Of a DNA stretch of 64,000 nucleotides, positions 55,938 through 64,000 are shown piece by piece. Source of the DNA: Phoronis australis (Eukaryota; Animalia; Phoronida). A program made the position numbers and the translations under genes. Positions within the stretch are counted from its first letter, which is position 1, and every line of letters starts with the position of its first letter. The stretch is from the NCBI GenBank assembly GCA_002633005.1, contig NMRA01000157.1, forward strand, positions 1-64,000, written 5' to 3'. Under the pieces are notes generated by a model that was not told the DNA's origin, made no database searches, and saw only the letters and a program-made list of their open reading frames with translations.

Positions 55938-56217
55938 CTACAAAACGGTGCAATATAAGAGTTTCCCTTTAATTGAAATTTCCTTTGATTACCATACCAT
56001 GACCATGTTGATTATTGTGCCAGTTTGCAATTTATAGTGAAAACTATAACTTTTCGCTAAGTTAACTTAAAGATGTTGTTAGGGATTTTTATAGCCAGCC
56101 AGCTAGCTGTACCAAAGCTAGGGATTTTAATGTTCAAAACTCTGAAAATTAGTCATGCACATCAACGGACTAAACAGCGTTCAGGGTCATTAATCATACA
56201 TAACAGCGTTGGCTCAC

Positions 56218-56665
56218 CTAGTCAGAGCCAACGGCCACAAGAGAGCTAACAATCACCAATCCAGGATGTTACTTTTCCTAAAATGACCTACAAAAAACTT
56301 TCTAGTTTTCCAAGTAGTTTTGAAACACGCATGTTGATTGGTTATATCACTCTGCTAGTCATCTGTAGTTTAATTGGTGATCGCGCACACACCTCTTAAC
56401 CTGCGTAGCAATACTTTCCTACATAAAAAATACTTTTAAAAAGGTCTGTAGCAAATTTAATGGTTAGGTATCCCATTTACATTTGTTTAAAGGCTATAAA
56501 TGTAATTTTATTCATATTAAGTCGCAATTCTATTTTTCAAGTCCATTTAAAATTTTACATTTTGTGCGGATTGTTTCAAGTTTACGAGTACTTCGTCCGA
56601 CCCACTTAACACAAAACACTGCAGGTGCTGCGAAGAGCAACTCTGAGATAGCAACATATTAGACA
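56218..56665. promoter_or_regulatory. Probable bidirectional promoter between the PAC-like gene (-) and ALDH4A1 (+)
   Basis: A minus-strand donor (ctag|GTGAGC, exon ending at 56218) defines a likely non-coding first exon about 450 bp from the ALDH4A1 ATG. Three CCAAT/ATTGG boxes lie near 56256, 56337 and 56373. Confidence 0.55.
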
Positions 56666-59600
56666 ATGTTACGGTCATTGAGGTCTGTATTATCGACTGA
56701 ATTGCGTAGGTAGGTAGTTTGACCGTGCACAGGGCTTAAGTTAAACCATGGCCCATATTAATACCTCATTTGTAATAGTCTACTAGTACTCAAGTCTCAA
56801 GTTATACACGATCCTGGTCTGGTGTCTTGACTGGAGACTTGTCCTAGCCAAGTTTTCTGCAAAGCAGCCAGTTATGCAACATTAGTCTGGGTAATGGTGT
56901 CATGCTTTGTCCTGTTATACAAGGTTAACATTTGTGTTGTTTTTGTCGTTTCCTGCGGCAAGTCGTAGCCTAGGAGACTGCACACATACGGTAACCCCTC
57001 GGCTGGCTGGACAGAGGCTATGTTGTAGACAGTACCACCCTCTAAACTGAAGAGATGGTGGCCATCCCTTAAGCCATCCCTACAATGGAAGCTTGTTGGT
57101 GAATTATGCCACTCACTGATTAACCCATCGAAGTTACGTTGCTATAAGTAGCTTTGCACACAGAGTGACACCTTAGAAGATTGTTGATGTCTTTAACTCT
57201 TCCCAGCTCAAACAAATGCTCCTGCAGTCAAAGTACTTTGTTCAGTTTGTGCAAAATCATATTCAAGCTACAAACCTTACTTAAGTTGACAGCAATTTTT
57301 CAAACTCTTTAGAGAATATGTTGTAAGAATTTTTCTCAGCGACACCAAATTATGATAATAAGCAGCTTTAGACTTCTTAGAAGTTCATCTGATTGTCAAC
57401 GTTATGGACAAGAAAGATGTTGGACCACAAAAATCTGAGCTCTTCCGAGCAGACTTGCAGGCTGACACAGAATGGGCTTATCTATGCGGTGTTGTCTGAA
57501 CTCTTGTATCATGCTTTGATAGATTTGATGTGATGTTAGTATAAGTTTGTCATCATTGTAATGAGTGTAATGCATATAACGCTATCTTTCGTTGTTGGGT
57601 GCAAAGTTAGGTTAATGTATGTAACAAAGAGTGTAAACATTATTGAGTAAGTGAGAGACTGCTGTTATTTAAAGCTGAATTTCACCCTTGTTCAGCTGTC
57701 AATGTTCAATTCTTAACCGCAGTGCTTTGGGGTTTAATAACTTCACTGCATTCATCCAGTCAAGAATTATTACCGAATGAGTTGGCAACATAAGCCACAG
57801 GTAATATGTCCTTTTCCAATCAATTTTAGGATTGTCCAGCTATAATAAACTCTAAAGCATTTTCTAGAGTAGTTGATGGTTTCGGTGTTCTTATTGGTCA
57901 TGGAAATTGTTATGTGATCGTCTCGGTTGTTAGTGTTTACTACTTCTACTAGTTTAGTCGGCGCATGTACCATGTGATGTAATTCATTAGACACACCTTT
58001 CGCACAAGGCAGTTGCACATTGCCAGCTGTGTAGAATAGATTTTTTTTAATATGTATCCCGTTGATATTTAGTTTTTATCCTTTTGTTTACTAAAACACT
58101 TCTTCATTGCGGTAGCAAAATATTGCAGAGACAGAATCCCGTCGTAGTAGCAAATATTATGAGACTAATTTTATGATCTCAGAATAAAATGCTAACTTTG
58201 GTTTTCATATTTTTAGCCACGTAAACAGGGCCTAATTTAGCTTTAAATTTATAGAATAGAATATCAATTTAAAGTAAATAATGAAACAAAGTGAAGTTGA
58301 AAAAAAATGCAATACATGTTGAGTTGGATATTATCCAGACTTATCTGGTTGCACCCAAAAGTGCTCCACTGTCTTTTAGAATAAAGTATTTGGTTCTCTA
58401 TTCAAATGAAAATCTCATTTACAAAATCTATGGATTGTACTCATTTTCAACTGAATCGGGGCAGACAAATGTTTGAGACTTGTGTGAGAAATCTCATTTC
58501 ATACGAGAAGGTATTTTGTTTGTGTTACTTGCTGCACCCTAATTCAGCTGTGGGCTTCTATAAGGTATGTCTGAAGTGGAATGCTTCACATTGGCCAGTA
58601 TGGCTACCAGAAAGAACGTCTGATGATGCCTCTTTTGACAAGTGATGAGTTTGAAATATTTTAACAATCATTTAAACTTTAAAACATAAGAAAATATTGA
58701 CACCTAATCCACCTTTCCTTACCCCAGTGTTTAACAACTGAAAGAGCCCCTGTGCAGGCCTCTTCAAACCCTTTTTCCAGATAACTGTTATGTGGGGGGT
58801 TCTTGATGGGGGCTCTTTCCGACATTCGTGGTACTGGTTATTGTGTTAGGCAAAACAAGACACCAAATGTATTTGCCATGAGATAACACCTGTTTCAGTA
58901 TCAATTTAAAGGTCGAAACACTGACAAAAGCTTTTTGTAGCTCTCTTCTTTTTGATAATTTTTTTCACATATGCGTTTTGCGAGGCCAGTCACCATTTAC
59001 TTGGTTCAGTATCTAGTATTTCATGATTCTCCTTATCTTCTGTCAATATACCCTCATATCAGTCTCTACAATAATTAGTTCAATTGGTCAAATGTTGCCA
59101 ACTTTATGATGGCTGAATGTCAATGTGGAATTATTGCATTATTACCAAGGTGCTGTTGCACCTGAATGCTGTCTGAGTGGATATCATCAGCGGCGTTTTC
59201 CAGGACTAGTTTTTAAGTGTCACCACCACCTGTTTGCTTTCACCTGCGACATGTTTAAATGACCCCATGACCTGGAAAAATAAGGATCGGTTTGAAAACA
59301 GGCGTTGCAATCGTTGACGATGTATCTACAGGTTTAAAGTCTAGGTTTTTTGTCTCGTACTGCTTAAGGACTTCGGATCATGGCAGATAAAGCATTCAGA
59401 TGTACCGTATTGGTACTGCAAGGACATTAAAACAGAGATTGTCTGCCACCGGTTGCATCTGGCACGTTTGTTGTTGTTGGCACATTTTCAATACATTCGG
59501 GATTCCAGTTGTGAACTTGTGGGGAACACTGGTTGGTGGGCAAGGCCTTTTCAACTGGTAACTGTAAAGGGAAAATATTTGCTCTGAGCATAAAATCGAA

Positions 59601-62600
59601 CCCGTGAAAGGGTCAGCAGGTGTTCACATATTAATGCGAAGAAACAGATTCAATTTATGTCCGTTGTTCTGGGGTATGATTAACAGTATGATATTCCGTT
59701 TGTGCCCGAAAGTGAACACTTCTTATGTTCTTTTTTATGCATATGACACATGACATTAACCAAAAAATGTAAACGCATGTGATTAAACAAATTTAGTATA
59801 AAATTATATTTAGCAAGAATTTCTTATCATTTCTGAGACGCTAGATATTTTTTAATGAGTGCTCGATTTCCTAACTAGAATTCATTCTATCGAATTTTGT
59901 TGAAAGAAAGGCTGTGTTTTAAACAGTAATTTATCAGAGTGCAACACGAAAGTCACATTTCGATACTTATCAAATATCATCCTCGGGTAAAACTGTAGAC
60001 AGAAAACAAAATATTGTAACAGAATGTTCGCATTACAATGCATGGCACGTTTTCTGCCTTCTGTAAAGTACCTGAGGATCATATTTGGTTAATATCGAAA
60101 TGTCGCTTTCATGCTTCACTCTAGTGTCATTTTTGTTTTCGACTTCTTCTAATTTGGCCAATAACTGATATTATTCAAGGCACATTGGCCTGACCAGTCG
60201 GGGAGCGCACAACCTACTCAACTACGTGGCCACGAATGAACCTCTACAGGAGTATTTACCTGGCAGTGACTTGAGGATTCAGCTGGACAAGGCCTTGCAC
60301 AATGCCGAAGGGGTGTGTCATGAGGTGCCCATCGTCATCGGTGACGAAGAGTTCAAGAGTGATCAGGTCAAATATCATGTTGCGGTAAGTCCTTTTACAA
60401 AATTTCCATAGCAAAGATTCCGCCACACGGTGCTGCACCATGTTTTACACCATGTTGAGAAATCTTTGACCATATTTGAAAAGCTCTGAGCCATGTTTCA
60501 AATCTTAGACGTGGACCGCTTTTATGCAGTAAGGTCTTTGTCATGTGATTGCACGGACGGCAAAAGTGAAATTAGATCTATCAGCAAAAAAGTAGAAGAC
60601 GAGTACAAAATTGTCAAAAAAATTATTTTTTTCACTCATATTTTTTAAAATTCTAGGCATATTGGGCTATTTATCGGTCCTTTGACCATCCAAAATCCTG
60701 AAAGTTCTTCCTTGTGCAGTGTAAAAAAGGCTAACTTTGTTCTATTTTACAGCCCTTTGATCATCAGACTCAAATTGCAAAATTCTACTATGCTACCGAG
60801 GTAAGTGTGCTTGTATTAAACTACTGTGTGTCTTATTTCAGTTGGTAAAGTAGTAGACAGAAAGTTAGTAATACCTTTTGCTGGAAAAATTGCGAAGTCT
60901 ACCTAGCATGTGTTCAGTATTGGTTACTGCTGTTTCATTTGTGTATCCACGTGCCCTCTACCAATTATAAAGGTACCATCATACTCATGAATTATCTGTC
61001 ATTTTACTCACTGCCATGATGGGGTCGTTAAATACGAGTAGATGGTTGCTTACTCTCATGCTTCTCCGTGCTAACTCCCATGTTTGGCTTATAACTCTCT
61101 CCTGAATATTCCACCAAAGTTTCGCTTTATGCTGACTAAGTTCCTACTCCTAATTCGTGCATCGGCGACTTCCTTAAAAGAGCTAGTGAGTGTCTTTGTG
61201 AGCGCCAGTCTGAGTCTCACAAGGATTTTGGTCCCTTAAAGATGTATTTGCATGCTCTTAACTATGCGAGTATATAGTAGGAATTAAACAACAATGTAAC
61301 TTTAAAGATATATTTCCGTGCTCTTAACTTTGCTAATGTATAGCTGCAGGAACTAAATGATAATGTTATTTGAACATCGTCTACGCTAAACAGAGTGCAG
61401 TTGAATTGATTGACAACTTGTATATGTGAAAACAAAAAAAAATCTGCAAATAGTTGACATTTGTACTAATTATGTACCTTGAAGGCTCACATAGCCCGCA
61501 TCATGCAGTGTTATTCCCCAACACCACATCACATTACATATTGGACACAGTTGAGTGATTTACAGCTGATCATTTTGTACACAAAGCTCATTCTTAAAAG
61601 TATTCCGCAATTTTTAATGTACTTCATATTAACAGCGTCGCTATATGTTGTGTTTCTGGCCACAGAGATAAAGAATTAGCGTGCAAGTTTCACTTTGAAC
61701 ATAACTATGCTCAAACAGCCAGTTTCAGTCATATTCGAGCAGGAAATGCCCACTTTTTACTGAAGGAGATGTGAAATGGTTTTTAGGGTCACTAGTTTTA
61801 ATACTGTACCTGGAAGCAAAAAATGGTGAAGGATTTGTGTTAGCAAATCGACCATTCGGTTAAGCGTCGATCCCCGACTTCTCAATTTTTTGCTCGTTTC
61901 CACTCCAGTCCCACTCTCTGATTTTTTAATTTCCTAATTTAAACACTCTGATGTTAACTTGGACAACTGCAGTTATGTTTAGGAATTATTGTTTTGATAA
62001 TTTCAATAATTTTTAAACTCTTTTGAATCAAACTTTTATCTTGGAAAACATCAAAAGCAATTTTGAAAGGCTTTGCTTGATGTATCTGTGTCACCTTTCA
62101 GAAACAAATACAGAAAGCAATTGAAGTGAATCTAAAAGCCAGAAAGGACTGGGAGAAGCGACCTCTGGAGGAACGATGTGAGATCTTCTTGAAGGCTGCC
62201 GACATGATAGCTGGCTCGCATCGTATGGACATGATGACTACTACCATGTTGGGCCAGGTAATCAGTGACACTTGTGCTGTGGATAACACCTCTGAACTTA
62301 AGTGTGAAATAACTGTTATCCATTTTAGTAAAAGCTTTTGTCATACTTGAAAGTGCTGCGGCTATAAACACTATTCAGCTCTACTGCTTCGCAGTAGAAT
62401 CAATCTTAAGAGTTCGGAGATTGGGTCGTGCCTCATGCGTTGTTCCTGTGTCAGTTTAACCTTACCTGGAACGAACAGTAATTTGGGTGATGGAATGTGT
62501 TCATGAGTTAAAGTTTTCGCTTGTGTTCCAGGGAAAAACAATTGTCCAAGGAGAAATCGACTGTATTGGTGAACTGGTGGACTTTTACAGGTTTAATGCA

Positions 62601-62612
62601 CAGTTTGCAATG
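56666..62612 (+). CDS. ALDH4A1: Delta-1-pyrroline-5-carboxylate dehydrogenase, mitochondrial (first 5 exons; continues beyond the window)
   Basis: Exons 56666-56709 (MLRSLRSVLSTELR, Arg/Ser/Leu-rich mitochondrial presequence), 60180-60384 (NEPLQEYLPGS..EVPIVIGDEEF), 60753-60800 (PFDHQTQIAKFYYA), 62102-62257 (ARKDWEKRPLEERCEIFLKAADMIAG..TMLGQ), 62532-62612 (GKTIVQGEIDCIGELVDFYRFNA); collinear with human ALDH4A1. Confidence 0.95.
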
Positions 62613-63543
62613 GTAATTCAAATTCAAGCTCCTCTTATTTGATTTCCAGTTTCCTCTTTTTTTCACCTCTTTTTATCATTATTTTGACTTTATTCTTGCA
62701 AAAAAATGTTTCTTGCCATTAAATTTTAAAACACAAATATTTATTGCTATCACGTAAGCCTATTCACCTGGAAAATCATCTTATTTTTCATGGGTCATTC
62801 CAAGCCCTGCATAGGACACTTTTACTCACATCTTTAAGTTCACTGACTTTCATTTAAAAGAGACGTGTGTTGAAACTAGATAAAATGTGATAATGTAAAA
62901 GTTGGTAAAACAATTAAAATCTGGTAAAATTTTGTATTAAAGACACTCACCTCTGAGCCTCATAGAAGTAACTCTTCATCATGTACGAAAACAGCCTTTT
63001 GTGCCATTTGTGTTCATACCTGATGAAGGGCTGCCCTAAATTAGACTCAAATGTTAGTGTTCTTAAGAAAAAAATTTACCCGATTTTAAAGTGTTACCAG
63101 CTTCTGCATTGACACTTTGATTCCTTATTCTCATTTCGGCTGTGACAGCTCTAGTTTATCATTCTTTGGTTTAAGATGATTTGTTTTTCAGTTTTATAAT
63201 ATTAAAATCATGAAACATATTTTGAGTGTGAGTGCAAGACCTTGCATATTACTCTTGCAGGCTTGAGGTGTCACTGAGCTTTCCTGGTCAATTTTCTTTA
63301 TTTTGAAGCGTGTCATTGCTCCACTGGTCTTCATTTTTTGTGTTGTGGTAATTCTCCACGAGCATAATTGCCAAAAATTTGATTTTTCATTTTTCAGAGG
63401 CTGATAACTTTGTCACAAATAGTAGGAACTTTAATTACAAAAATGTTCTTTTGTGACATCAAGTACGCAGTTTAAACTATAGGTCTAGTAAAGGACTAAA
63501 GTTTTCGCAATCTTTATTTTTTCAAAGAATTTTGTCAAAATAG

Positions 63544-63593
63544 AATTTCACTTGTCAGCCATATTGTGAATTTCACTTGTCGGCCATATTGTG
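63544..63593 (+). repeat. 25-bp tandem duplication inside a dispersed repeat copy
   Basis: aatttcacttgtcagccatattgtg followed by aatttcacttgtcggccatattgtg. Confidence 0.85.
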
Positions 63594-64000
63594 TGCTTAT
63601 GTGAAAAATTACCGTATGCAGATAAAATTCCGCCCCAGCAGTATTGTTATCCAAGAATCATTGTTATAGGTACAGTACACGACAAAAGTGATAGACAAAA
63701 TAGCATTTTCCCTTCATGGCAACTAATCATGTTAACAGCAAAATGACCTGAAATGACTTTTATAGCGACAAAATTGTAATGATCACAGCATGGCTTAGTC
63801 ACATTTTAAGTTTCCTATTAATTCCTCTTCGTTTTAACGAAGAATTCAACTTCACTCAGTCGTCATGGTGGGAATTCTGGGTCATTTTGTCTGAACGCTT
63901 TTTGTGTGTACTGTGTAAGGACATGACCTTACAGACAATATAATGCGCTTTCGGTACCTTTTTAAAAAATGGAACAGCGGTGAGTATAAGACCATGGCAT

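Noticed and set aside
63020-63045. Hammerhead ribozyme (ctgatgaagggctgccctaaa)
   Set aside because: CTGATGA and a short stem are present, but GAAA and stems I and III are missing.

Overview
AT-rich, intron-rich animal DNA, most likely an invertebrate; not prokaryotic, so most short ORFs in the track are exon fragments or noise. Reading splice sites by hand gives three genes. (1) ATM kinase on the + strand, 5'-truncated by the window edge: 51 phase-consistent coding exons from 2949 to the stop at 46899, about 2747 aa, with FAT, PI3K-like kinase and FATC regions. (2) A 7-coding-exon gene on the - strand (54748->47388, 239 aa), seen only as scattered fragments in the ORF track. It looks like a divergent PAC1/PAC2 (PSMG1/PSMG2, archaeal Pba) proteasome chaperone with a C-terminal HbYX motif (..IYR*). 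(3) The first five exons of mitochondrial P5C dehydrogenase ALDH4A1 on the + strand (from 56666), head-to-head with gene 2. Introns hold a decayed Penelope-like retroelement with a hammerhead-like hairpin, tRNA-derived SINEs, Helentron/DINE-like elements, MITEs and minisatellites. The best leads are the HbYX PAC-like protein, an ATM that lacks two human ROS-response determinants, duplicated exon ends and donor sites in two genes, and two GC-AG introns. All homology calls come from recalled sequences compared by eye; no searches were run.
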